Source of the DNA: Klebsormidium nitens
Taxonomy: Eukaryota; Plantae; Klebsormidiophyceae
DNA length: 64,000 bases
NCBI GenBank assembly: GCA_000708835.1
Contig: DF237329.1
Location: 1 to 64,000, forward strand
Direction of reading: 5' to 3'
Shown here one piece after another: positions 24,101 through 35,894 of this stretch. The translations under genes and the position numbers were made by a program. The number at the start of each line of letters is the position of its first letter. Position 1 is the stretch's first letter. The notes beneath the pieces were generated by a model, which ran no database searches, was not told the origin of the DNA, and saw only the letters and a program-made list of their open reading frames with translations.

Positions 24101-27100
24101 AATTGATCTTAAAGACCGTTTCTTCCGCAGGTGGCTGTTACGTCGAAGGCGTCCGTCTCCTCAACGCGTTCCGCTGGCGCCAGTCCGTCGGTCGGTGGGA
24201 GAACCGCCCCGGTCACCTTAACGACGTCTGGGGTTACTGGTCCGACGACGGTTTGGGTCTCTTCGAATACTTGCAACTCGCGGAGGATATCGACGCTGCG
24301 CCAGTGTGGGTGTTCAACAACGGCCTGAGCCACACCTCGGAGCTTGACACCAAGACGATCGGGCCGTTCATCAAGGTGAGGGCGGAAGAAACGTGGTGTC
24401 AAAGCAGCGAGGCGTACGGCTCTTAGGAGCTCGTTTTGGGGGGGTTTTAGACCTCTTGCGTTTGCCACAGGAGACGCATGTTTCTACAGCTCGTATTAGT
24501 TGGACCGCACCCTTGCAAAAAGTGACTCTTTGCTCTCCAGGTTCTCCAAGCTTTACACGACTTTTAGAGATGATCAGAAACGCGTTTCGAAGATGAACCG
24601 AACCCAGTTCTGACCGTTTCAACATGCACTTTGTCAGCTGCCAGTCAGGCCGCGGTATGCGATCGCCACAACAAAAGAAGGTTGAGCTCAGCACCTGGGG
24701 GCCCAAAATAAACGTGGATTTCCAGATCCTAAACTTCTTTGCGGTCGCGTTTCTGCAGGACGTTTTGGACGGCATCGAGTTTGCGCGCGGCCCGGCCGAC
24801 AGCGAGTGGGGCTCGCTGCGCGCGGAGATGGGCCACCCGGAGCCTTTCGATCTGGAGTACATGGCCATTGGGAACGAGGACTGCGGGAAGCGCCACTACG
24901 AAGGTGGGTTTCCTTCTAGATTATCAAGATTTGTTGGTTTCGCGTTTGTGGTGAGTGTAATTTCCAGAATGACTGCTCAGTATGACGCAAGTGGTGAGCG
25001 AATGTAGAGGACATGCGATCAAAACTTACAATGGTCAACCTTGGAAAGACGAGCACTCATCAATGGCTTTTTGGGTCTCCGCTTCCCCTCTGAGAGACAA
25101 GACTCGAAGCTTCATTGAACTGTCTGTAGAAAGCAGAGTGATGCGATTTAAGATTTAAAAGCTTCGACCAGGCACTCAAGAGATTGGTTTCTCGTGGTCA
25201 AGGCTGACACGTTTAGCTTTTTGCCGCGCAGGCAACTACCTGCGGTTCTACCAGGCAATCAAGGCGCGCTACCCGTTCATGAAGCTCATCTCCAATTGCG
25301 ACGCAACTAACATGCCGCTCGTCAACCCCGCCGACCTTTTTGATTACCACGTAAGCCTTTTCCTAGAGCCTGAACATTCCTGTGCGAGACGATTGGCTTC
25401 AGACTCGCTTTCCTTGGGGTGTTGAAAGTTTCAGAGTCCAAAAACAGCTTCAGTACAGCTCAAACTACCTTCCCGGACATGATTATTTTCACAGATCTGC
25501 ACGGCCCTCACTCGCTCTCTGAGCGTTTGGATTTGCCAGAAGGAATCGGAGGCAAGGCTAACAAGGACAGGCAAATTGGCCACGAGTCAACAATTCCCTT
25601 TTTGAGAACACCGACTTCAGGCTATGTATGCCACGCATGCAACCGCATTGGTGGTGCGCTGTGTTCGGAGAAGCGTTCGATCGGCTCCCCTTTAATCTCA
25701 AAACCCTTATTGAGTACTCAGACCCGTGACGACGAATTTTCGTTTGACCCTCATCAAGTTACTGCGCGCTGTGGCATAACGTGGGTTTCCTTCGTGTTTT
25801 CCTCTTTGCAGATTTACACCTCCGCCGCCGCTCTCTTCGCACTGTCCAACAAGTTCGACGGGTATGACCGGAGCGGGCCTAAGGTATGTAGCAAGCCTCC
25901 TCCCTCATTCCGCAAACTCCTTCAGTCAATTTCCTGGTCATTTCACCCGTCTCTAGTTTTGTAGTTGCCGGAACTAAATGCTCGTGAGCTTGCACCCGGT
26001 GTTTAGCCGCAGCCCTTTGAAGCTCCCGATGCATCTTTCCAGATTCTTCGTCCTAGAAACGGCTGGGTTGCTTAAATTCGTGACAACAAACTGCTTCTCT
26101 CAAGCAATCAGCCAACCGATGTCGAACGGTTCGTAGCGGCCATGAGAGGTTTTGGACATTGTTCGTCAGTCGTCTCGGGTGCTTTCAAAGATTCCATGGA
26201 AGAAGCGTTTCTTTGCCGCGACCTGAAAGCGTTGCTTTGCCTCCTGAAGTTTGGCATAACGGATGCTATGGGAGGCCCTGTTGGATCAGACTGCAGAGCT
26301 CTTTTCTGTGTTTACCGTGATTTCGGCCAAAAATAAATAATATATCTGCCCTGCAAGAGGCGTTGATTGGTCGATAACGGTACTTTTTAGCAGGTAGTTC
26401 TTATCCTGCCAAAGTTTCAAACGTGTCATAATTGATTCTTTGGCGTCGAAGGTAACAAATTGAAATACCAGTACGGTATATCCTGCAGGTATTCGCCAGC
26501 GAATACGCTGTGGTAGGCCAGGACGCCGGCACTGGGAGCCTGCTTGCTGCGGTTTCCGAGGCGGGCTTCATGGTTGGACTCGAGAGGAACAGGTAACCCC
26601 GCACCTAACTCCTTTTCACAGACAGGTAACCCACTTCTAACTGCTTTTCGGAGACAGTACTCCACACTAAAGTAACTTCACCCTAGGCGTCGAGTTCATG
26701 GCTGGGCTCGAGAGGAACAGGTAACCCCGCACCTAACCACTTTTCTGGAGACAGGTAACCTACACCACGTGCTTTCCGTAAATAGGTAACCCAATACCTG
26801 AATGCTTTCCACAAACAGGAAACCCACACCTAAGTAACTCTCGAAAACGGATTGCCCTAGGCGTCGGGCTCTCATGGTGGGGCTCGAGAGGAATAGGTAA
26901 CCCATCACCTAACCAGAGTTCCTGGTAATAGCTAACCCGCATACCCTTCTGAAAGAGGTCATTCTAGGCCTCCGGTTTACGGTCGGGCTTGAAAGGAACA
27001 GGTGTTCCCTCTAATCCTTACCACTATTGAAGACTCTTGGTAAAAAGTAGTGGCTATCAGTTCCAGAAGCTCGTCCAGCGCCTGCGTTCCAAAGCAGGCT

Positions 27101-29051
27101 TGGCTCTGAAAGTGCTCGGAAGAAGTATCCAAGCTTTTTGATGTGACCTGAAGATGCTCTCTCTGTGACACGATCAAGCAGATTGGCTCTTTTTACGGTT
27201 ATCATGGCAGTCGTCCCCTCTAGTATCGTCATCAAGATGGCGAGCTAAACTTCCCTGTCGGTGACCATTTTAGGATCTGTGGTGTCCGTAGGAAACATTC
27301 TCCTCCTGAATCCAATTCTTCGGAGAAGATCGTCGGTTGCTGACGTCAGCTGCCCCTTGCAGTGACGTCATCGAGATGGCGAGCTACGCGCCGCTGTTCG
27401 TGAACACGCACGACCGGACGTGGAACCCCGACGCGATTGTGTTCAACTCGTGGCAGAGCTACGGGACGCCCAGCTACTGGGTGCAGGTGGGTCAGACAAA
27501 CCTCGTTTTATTTTTTCTACAAGTCGTAAGCAAGATTTAGACTAGCTCAGTGGAGATCAACATCTATGGAATGATCAGAACAGTTCTCGTGTTTGCGGCA
27601 GAGCTACGGACGCCCGGGTATTGGGTGCAGGTGGCTCAGCGTAACCCGATTTGAAGAACTTTTGAGAACTTGGACGAGCAAATGGGGTCACCAGCTAGTC
27701 CACGTTGTTATGTCAACCAAGACCGGGTTCAAGCTGGGGCACAAGTATGGGAGCTCAGGTATTGGATTGCAGGCGGGTCAGCTTAACCCAATCCGTTGAG
27801 CAGTCGAATCACCACAGGTCCACCGGATCGTCTGCACGTATAGGGTTCACCTTACCTTCGGTAAACAGGGTTTCAATAGCAACGTCGAGGCGATTTTGTA
27901 TCTATACGGAGCCAAGGTTACGCGTAATGGAACAAAGGTACATGGACGAAAGCGGACGAAACCCCCTTTTTCCCGCCTTGAACAATGCCGCTGATAAGAT
28001 TTTGAGGCAGCGGCAGCAGCCTGCTGTTGTTCTCCGAACGGGCATCAGAAGTGAACAGGAGAACTGAACAATCGCCAGAAGACCAGAAGGCGGCACACCG
28101 TATCGAACGCACGGAAGCAAGGCAGAAGTCTCATGTATCGAAACGATTTCCCTTCTGTCGCAGACGATGTTCAACAGCAGCGGCGGCAGCCTGCTCATCC
28201 CCGCGCTGGTGCAAGGCGTCCAGGGCGCGACTGCAAACACTCTGGTTGCGTCAGCAACCAAGCGGGTTGACGTCAACCAGGAGCGGTACATCGTGAAGGC
28301 CGTCAACTTCGGCGGTCCGATGAACGTCCAGATTCAGCTGAGCGGACTGTCCGAAGACGCGCTCGGTCCGGAGGTGACCGTTACCACGCTGACAGGTGGC
28401 AGCATCTGGGACGAAAACTCGTTTAGCGAGCCGGAGAAGGTGGGTCGGTGCGATGTAGAAAATTAAGGGTTGAAGTTTTGGTTTTGTCAGGTTACGGAGA
28501 TTGTTTGTCTGCCGTTGGTGACCGAGCTTGGTTCAATTCTGGTTGCTTGAGTCGGTGTGCATGCGTTCTTACACTTCAATGTGAAGCACGTCTGGCTAGA
28601 CCTGGGTCAGATCGGCTGATGAGAAAGTTGCGATTCAAGGGGTTTGCGACAGTTTGGAGACAAGCTTGTGTTAGAATGCAACGCCTGCGTCAGGCAAGCG
28701 GTGATTCTGTCCTCGACAGGTCGAGAAGCCTCCTTGTTCAACGCAGTTCCAACATTAACTCCTTGTTTCTAGCATTTTAGCCACCTGATACCTAGTGCCA
28801 AAAGCAACGCTATGTGCCTTCTTCCTGGGTAACTTCTGAATGCGGCTCCTCTCTCTCGGTCCCTTCAGGTGGTGCCTGTGAAGAGCCGAGTGCCTCTGGC
28901 CGGCAACGACCTCCTCGTATGGCTTCCCCCAATGTCTGTGAACCTTTTCGAGTTCCCATTGGCGGTTGCAGAGGCGCGAACAGAAGTCCACGTGGAGGTT
29001 CAGACGGAAGAACACGTGGAGGCTAGCTTCGAGAAGATTGCTGTCGTTTGA
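18150..29051 (+). CDS. Alpha-L-arabinofuranosidase, GH51 (plant ASD1/ARAF-like), secreted; ~702 aa
   Basis: Exons 18150-18380, 20194-20248, 20952-21160, 21935-22056, 22570-22723, 23180-23249, 24131-24375, 24759-24903, 25232-25350, 25812-25883, 26489-26592, 27363-27486, 28164-28439, 28869-29051 (2109 nt, in frame). Motifs FFEEINHAG, FIRFPGGCYVEG, YMAIGNED (acid/base Glu), VFASEYAV (nucleophile Glu), MASYAPLFVN, N-terminal signal peptide. Confidence 0.92.
23553..24040 (+). repeat. Three decayed tandem copies (~190 bp period) of the acceptor plus 5' part of arabinofuranosidase exon 7
   Basis: tgcag|gcggctgtta[c/g]gt.gaagg.gttcg.ct.... begins at 23553, 23737 and 23942. The intact exon begins at 24131. 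Confidence 0.9.
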
Positions 29052-30412
29052 GTGTATTTTAGTACGACGAGGTTTGGAGACCTGTACCGTAGTCTTGGTG
29101 TATGATAGGGGCGATTGGTTGGTAAAGGCTTGTGCGCGATTGACCGTGAGGTTGTACCCAAGTTCCGAGGGGCTATGTTTGCACCAGGTAACGAGGATTT
29201 CGCAAGTAAGCGGGGCAAGACAGGGCTTCAAAGAAGGAAGGGTAATTGACTTGTGATACATTGCGTTAGGGACGATGACTTTGGCTCGTGCTGCGTTCCC
29301 GTCGTATCATAGCCTTGTCGAGGGGATACAAGGGTTCTGCTTCGTAAGACAGATTAGCTTTAGAGCTTTCTCAAGAGCTTACGCTGTAGAAACGCTGACC
29401 CTGGGCGGCGCAACAAGAGGTACAATTGACCGTCACAGCGCGGCCGCGCCCTAAGCTTGGACATCTAACACACTTTTCGACAATCATTGAACGTATCATT
29501 AAACATATATGAAGTCCAAATCTTCCTTGCCACTTCACCAACAGTCGATCTCGCTTTCGAATTTAGATCCAGAGACGATCCGTTTCGCCTACCCCCGCGC
29601 CCGTCGAGAGCTCTGAGTGAGCTTTGATTGTATACTGGTTGCGATACTCATCGTCCGGCCTCCCTAACGTTGTATAGTCCGGTCCTTGACATGGACTCAC
29701 GCACTTTGCACTCTCGATCCTGATTTCAAGCTAGCCGTCTCGGGAACAAGGGGCACGCAAGCCTGCTCATGCACTAGGGTCAACATATCACGGCGGAGTC
29801 GATCGACGGTGTGCGTATTTCCTAGTATAGCTTGCATTTGTGCATCATGGCAGCATATTGAGTCATTGATATCGGAAGCTATACGCGGTTAATCTAGACA
29901 GATTTACTATAGTAGAGACATTCTTCAAGTTGCGAATGATCCCAGCCTGGCAGGTCGCCATAAAGGTATGCGGCGTATGGAGAGCAAGATGGAAACGGCG
30001 GCACGCACCTCCTACTAGGAGGCGCGTGCCGCTAGCTAGGCTACGGGCATCGTGTGCACGGGCCGGCGTGGCACCGATTGGTGGAGCTGAACTCTTGACG
30101 GACGATTTCTTTAATTTATGCGTGCTTTATTCTAGCGAAGCAGCTAGTATAGATAAACCAAGATGAGGGGTTCTTGTCTTCAGTGAAGCTAGTGTCATCT
30201 CAAGGAATCTGTGTTAAGAATCTGTGCTCGTAGGGCATGCATAGCTCAACGAACTGCTGACGATGTGGTTGAGGTCTCCTTCTGTGGTTATCTTCCACGC
30301 TCATGCACCAACCTCGAAGGGCGACCTGAGATGAGAGATACTTTCATGAGACCAAATAAGGTTGCTCGAGCATTATCAATGAGAGTCGACTGACTTCTCT
30401 GGTTTGTTCGAA

Positions 30413-32644
30413 TCAGCTTCCATCAACGACAAGTTTACACCCTGCTGTCTTATTGGATTTGTTTCTTATCGTTTCAGGCAGATCTAGCAAAGCACTGCAA
30501 CCTGTCAGGTCCAACGCTTGGAGCTTAGGCCACTTCTCTGCACATCCGGGCAAGTGATGTAGGTTGTCACAACTTCTCAGAACTATGGTCAAGACCTCGC
30601 TCCAGGAACTAATAGACTCCGGAAGGGTAGTCAGCCTGCGGCACGCCTGATCGTCGACGCCAACTTCAAATGAAAATCCAAAAAAATGGTTCGTCCGAGG
30701 AAAGACGCCCGCAGGTATGGCCGCCAACACGCAAGGCCCCAAAGCTACGAGCTTTACGCTGGTCCAGTTCCCTACACTGTCAGGAAGCCTTTCCAACTTA
30801 GAACACAGCAACTGAACATACTCTAGTTGCTCCCAGGCACCAACCGTATCTGGCAGCGCTACCAACTCTGGCCCATGCACGACGAGAGATCTCAGATCCT
30901 TCCAAGATGCAACTGCTACTTCTGGAAGCCTCTGCGCCAGCAGATGCCTGACATGAAAGCGGGTCAGCTTCGACCAGTTCCGTGCACTTTCTGGCACCTC
31001 CGCTACCCACTCAAACTCCACGTCCTCTAGGTTCTGCCAAGCTCCCACCGCCAACGGCAGATCTATCCGTACAGGGTCGCGCGTCCTAGGAGTCAATTGG
31101 AAGCTACGGAGCTGCTTCCACTCACACACCTCTCGAGGAAGCGTCACTAAGCGCTCGCAGGATCTGATATGGAGGGTCTGCAATTGCTTCCACCCTCTCA
31201 CTCCGGAAGGCAGGGCGCACAACTTGCTGCAGTAAGAGATGGTCATCTCCTGAACCAAACCCCATTGGTCAACGCACTCTGGAAGGAACTCAATCTCGAC
31301 GGCACGGAGAGTGATGTTCAGAAGCGCGCCCCAGAAATGTCCCTTCACGGTCTTTGGGAGTAAGCTTTTCAAAGTTGAGCTCACAAAGTCCATGGTTTTC
31401 TCGGGTGCTTCTTTAATCGAGAGTAGGCTCTTGAACCCCCGATATGTGTCCAATAAAACATCCTCAAGGGCGTCCCAACGGCGCCCCCCCTTCGGCAAAC
31501 GCTCAAGCTTATCGCAAAAGCTTATAGACATTTTTCTCAGATTTCTCCAGCCATGCACGTCCTCGGGTAGCGTTTCCAGGGTGCCACATTCTTCCAGCCA
31601 GACTTCCTGCAGTCCTGTCCACCCCTGGACGCCCTCAGAAAGGTCCTGAAAACTAGAGCAGCGCCGTATACTCAATTTGCGAAGCCCCTTCCAGCCCTTT
31701 ACTTCTACAGGGAGGCCGGAGAGCAAAGGGCAAATCTCTAGCTTCAAAGTTTGCAGGCTGCGCCAAGCGCTGACTTGCGAAGGGAGCTTTGTCAGGCTGG
31801 AGCACGAAGACAAATGCAGCTCGCGCAATCGGGACCACGCGTTCACTTCTGGAGGCAGCGACTCAAGCTTACTTGCACCATGCAACCAAAGAACTTCAAG
31901 CTTGTTCCAAGCACTTACGGTAGGAGGGAACTGGTGCAGATTGGCACAAATGTGTCTGGAAAGGTTGGGAGACCCTAAAGCAAGTACCTTCAAGTGTTTC
32001 CAGCTTTCAATCACGCCTGGCAAACTATCTAGGTCAAGATTTTTGATCTGAAGATGCTGCAGGCCGGTCCATTGCTTGCTTGCAAAGTGAAGGTCGTCAC
32101 AGTGCGCGAGAGTCAGATTCTTCAAGCAGGTCCATTTTGCAGTCCCAGCTTCTGACAGTTCTCCAAGAACCAAGTCACCACGTAGAGCAAAGCTCTCCAG
32201 CCACCCCCACTTGAAGATCAGCTTTGGCAATTTTACAACTCTAGGTTTCTGACCAGGAAGATGGTCTTCGTAGTAAAAGCTGATCTCTAGGTGCTTGATC
32301 CGGAGGGAGGTCTTATCTGCAAAGCTCAATATCTTCTCACAGTGTACCTCCACAGCCTGCTTGGAAGTATCATCCAGCACCAGATGGAGGCTGTCTAGGC
32401 AGGGAAAAAGATTGAAGCGCCTTCCCACTTGTTCAAAAGTAGGTTTCTCTCCGAGTTTGGGCCAACAAATGGCAAGGCTTCTGACTCCTTCTCTCCCAAC
32501 CGAACGCCACTGTTTGCACACTCCACTGAAAATCTTCAAGGATGTCGTGGCGTAAGGTCCTTTGTCGAGAAGACTTGCTATTCGAACCAGGAGCTCCCTT
32601 GGCAAGATGTCGTTGATGCAGGGTGCTCCCTCCTGGCAAGCCAT
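30413..32644 (-). CDS. Intronless F-box + leucine-rich-repeat protein (~24-aa LRRs with conserved Trp), 743 aa
   Basis: Single 743-aa ORF. N-terminal F-box-like segment INDILPRELLVRIASLL...FSGVCKQWRSVG is followed by more than 20 repeats of LPxxVxxWxxLxxLxLxxCxxL. Confidence 0.88.
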   Translation of the reverse strand: MACQEGAPCINDILPRELLVRIASLLDKGPYATTSLKIFSGVCKQWRSVGREGVRSLAICWPKLGEKPTFEQVGRRFNLFPCLDSLHLVLDDTSKQAVEVHCEKILSFADKTSLRIKHLEISFYYEDHLPGQKPRVVKLPKLIFKWGWLESFALRGDLVLGELSEAGTAKWTCLKNLTLAHCDDLHFASKQWTGLQHLQIKNLDLDSLPGVIESWKHLKVLALGSPNLSRHICANLHQFPPTVSAWNKLEVLWLHGASKLESLPPEVNAWSRLRELHLSSCSSLTKLPSQVSAWRSLQTLKLEICPLLSGLPVEVKGWKGLRKLSIRRCSSFQDLSEGVQGWTGLQEVWLEECGTLETLPEDVHGWRNLRKMSISFCDKLERLPKGGRRWDALEDVLLDTYRGFKSLLSIKEAPEKTMDFVSSTLKSLLPKTVKGHFWGALLNITLRAVEIEFLPECVDQWGLVQEMTISYCSKLCALPSGVRGWKQLQTLHIRSCERLVTLPREVCEWKQLRSFQLTPRTRDPVRIDLPLAVGAWQNLEDVEFEWVAEVPESARNWSKLTRFHVRHLLAQRLPEVAVASWKDLRSLVVHGPELVALPDTVGAWEQLEYVQLLCSKLERLPDSVGNWTSVKLVALGPCVLAAIPAGVFPRTNHFFGFSFEVGVDDQACRRLTTLPESISSWSEVLTIVLRSCDNLHHLPGCAEKWPKLQALDLTGCSALLDLPETIRNKSNKTAGCKLVVDGS

Positions 32645-33538
32645 GTCGAGGCTCCCGGACTGCTCGCCAGAGTCCTTGCAACAGAAACCTCTTACAACAG
32701 GGCTTCAACACCGTACCCCTACCTGCTTCATAAGCACAGTGCGCTTCAAAGCGGAACAACAGCGTTTATAAAATGAAAGCTGACTATCGGGAGGAAAGAA
32801 TCGTAAATAGAAGGGAGTGCGAATAAGATAAACTCAGACACTCAAGACTTCAGGCTTCAGAGCTTGTTCAGATTGCGCGTGCGGTCGGGTACGTACGTCG
32901 GCCGCGGCCAACTTATCAGGTTGCGCGCGGCCGCTCGCGCGTCCGCGCCATTAAAACAAGGTTTCAAGGTTTATCGTCCAAAAAAGGCTCGCGGACTTTG
33001 ATAGCCCGCGGCCGGCGGAACGAACGGAACGGGCCCATCGTACGGCAGAACCTTACGCAGCAGCATCAGGGGCGAAAGTAGCTCCGCACGCAAATTCAGA
33101 AGCAAGCCTGCCGCCATCCACGCTTGAGCTATGAAGCTGCAAAGTTGCTTTTAATACTAAAACGCGTGCGAAGCAGCTGCCTGCCATCGTCATGGAGATT
33201 GGAGCATTGCATTATTGAACTTTCAGTGACTCTCCTAGCTTTGTATTGGACGGTCGTACGTATTACTTCTTACATGAACGTTCCGCGTAATCAACTTATG
33301 CATCGATACTCCATGAGACTCTTCGAAGAATTTCGTTCTGATTACAGCCATGAAAGCAAATGCATCGTGCAGACCGGTCTTCATGCCAGGATCAATTAAG
33401 CCATGCCAGTCCTGTATTCAATTCAATGCAATGTACAACTTTTGGAAAGATTCGAATAACGCAAGCTCTCGTGCTACTTCGTCCTAGCTGCTGGTGGCTC
33501 CATCTACATAAGTCGTGAGCTTTACTTCAAAAACTATG

Positions 33539-35894
33539 TCACGGTTGAACACAAATGTCTACACTTGCACCAGATGCAACTTTTTCCTGGGTTTTGTATT
33601 GCTCAAACGCTGCAGTGACGGCTTCGTTGCATCCACTGAGCAGCAATGTGACGTCTGGATTTTGAAGAGGCCAGGTCATCACGGAACTGGGAAGCTCTGT
33701 CAGACTGATGCAGCCTGACAACTCAAGTACATCAATCTGGGACCATTCTCGTACAGTGTCAGCAGGCAGGCGAGTCAAGCTTTAGCAGCCGCTCAGGTCC
33801 AGTATTCTCAACTGCTTCCATGCTCCCACGGACTCTGGAAGGGCGGTCAGGCTGATGCACGGCTCGAGGCCCTCGACCTGATGCGTTCTTCCAAGTCCCA
33901 GAGAATAGAGAGCTTGCCAATGACCTACGCTCTCAGGCAACGCCCTCAGGGACCGACATCCACTGAAGGGTACTTGCCAGATTTTCCTCCACTGGCCGAC
34001 ACTGTCCGGGAGTGACTCCAACTTCGGACACGACAGCTCGATTGACTCTAACTGCGTCCAGGAGCCTACCGATGCTGGTAGGCTTTGAAGGTTTGGCCCG
34101 GAGACGTTCAGATTTGTCAGGTTTGTCCAAGCTTGAACCGCCTGCTCTGGAAGCTGCTCCGCCTTCAAAGCTTTGATACTAAGGCAGATCAAGTTGGACC
34201 ATCCTCGAGTGCTTTCGGGGACACTTTCCAGTCTCCCTATAGAAATCTCTTGTACGTTCACCCAAGCACCGACCTCCACAGGAAGAGTCGTCCAAGCCAA
34301 GGTGCTTTCGTCACTCTTCAGCTCGATTTTCTGGAGCTGTTTCCATGCGCCTACTTCTTTGGGCAGCGTCGATACCAAAATACAATCAGCGATGTAAAGG
34401 GTTCTCAAATTCCTCCATCCTTCTACACCGGAAGGCAAACCCCGAAATGAGGCGCAGCCAAAAATGGTCATCGTTTGGAGGAGGCCCCAGTGAACTACTG
34501 CTTCTGGCAAGGATTCGAGCTCGGTGTAGGAAAGTGTAAGATGCACTAATGCCCCCCAGAAGCCCACTTCCTCTACATTTGAGTTCAAGCTCATTGTTTC
34601 TCTCACTGGGTCACTAGGAGCTTCCTTCAGTAAGCCTTTGATTTGTTTGTTATTGCCCAAGCAAACCGTCTCCAAAGAGGTCCATTGTTGAACCTCTTCG
34701 GACAAGTGCCTAAGCTGCCCGCAATGGCTGATGTTGATGCTCTTGAGCTCAATCCAACACTTGGGAAGACCTTGTAAGTTGTAAGGCGTCACAGCTGTTT
34801 ATATAGACATCCTGCAACTCCCTCCATCCACCGACACCCTCAGAAAGGCTGCGAAAGCTAGAGCAGGAGGACAACACAATCTTACGCAGTCGCTCCCAGC
34901 CCTCAACTTGCGTAAGAAGCCCGGGGAGTCTCACGCAGCAGCTCAGATTCAAATCTTGCAATGACTTCCACAGTCCCACCGAAGGGGGAAGCGCAAGCAG
35001 GCCGACATCTTCGAGACTTAAACTTTGCAAGCTGTGCCAAGCCCCTACTTCTGTTGGGAGCGCTTCGAGACTGGGGCATGATCTCAAATACAGCTTGCGC
35101 AGCTTGGACCAGGATTTTACTGCTGGTGGAAATGAGTGAAAGGAGGGTGCTCCGCTCAGGCTCAGAACTTCGAGCTTGTTCCAGACACCTTCGAAGGAAG
35201 GGAAGCTCTGCAGCTTAGAACAAGTGCGATTTTGTCCCAAGGCCCCCCCCAGTTGCAATGTTCTCAGATCCCTCCACATTCCAACGGCGTCTGGAAGCTC
35301 TTCCATGTCGAGCTTGTCCACTTTGAGGACTTGCAGGCTCGTCCATTGATTGCTAGCCGGAGGAAAGGCGTCGCAATAGGTTAGAGTCAGGCTTCTCAGG
35401 TGGATCCACCTTCCCATTCCGGACATGCTTCCAAGAACAAAAGCATTCCCCAGAGCAAGGCTCTCAAGCCAGTCCCAACGAAGAATGGCGTCTGGCGTCG
35501 CACGAAGTGGAGATGCAGGGTAGTAAAGGCCAAATGCTAGATGCTTGATGCGGACGGGCTTCTGATCAACAGAGCTTATTACTCTCTCAGATACCTCTAA
35601 CGTGGTCTGGTCCTGCGTTCGCAGATGAAGGGCATCTACGTAGGGAAAGAAGCGTAACAATCTCAAGACATGCTCTTCTGCATCCCCTCCATGAAGACTG
35701 CAGTTGATCCATAGACCCTTAGCTGCTTCTCGTCCGATTGAGCGCCACTCTCTGCAAACTTGCATGAAGCTCTCCAGACGACCATACTTTCTGTTGCTGG
35801 AAGGCTGATCTGAGACTAGAAGTCGTCCTATGTGAGTAAGTATCTCCCTCGGCAAAGCAGAGTTGATGCACGGTGCTGCATCCTCGCAAGCCAT
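33539..35894 (-). pseudogene. Disabled tandem paralog of the F-box-LRR gene (frameshift plus in-frame stop)
   Basis: ORF pieces 35894-34749, 34792-33782 and 33778-33539 are colinear with the 743-aa paralog (start MACEDAAPCINSALPREIL). There is a ~2-nt deficit near 34770-34790 relative to the 24-aa LRR register and a TAA at 33784-33782 in DLSGC*SLTRLP. No room for introns at either lesion. Confidence 0.8.

Noticed and set aside
23553-24131. Regularly spaced repeats resembling a CRISPR array
   Set aside because: Units are degenerate copies of a spliceosomal acceptor and exon. Spacers are homologous to each other, no cas genes are present, and the context is eukaryotic.
28755-29261. 168-aa minus-strand ORF
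   Set aside because: Antisense to the last GH51 exon and its 3'UTR; no motif.
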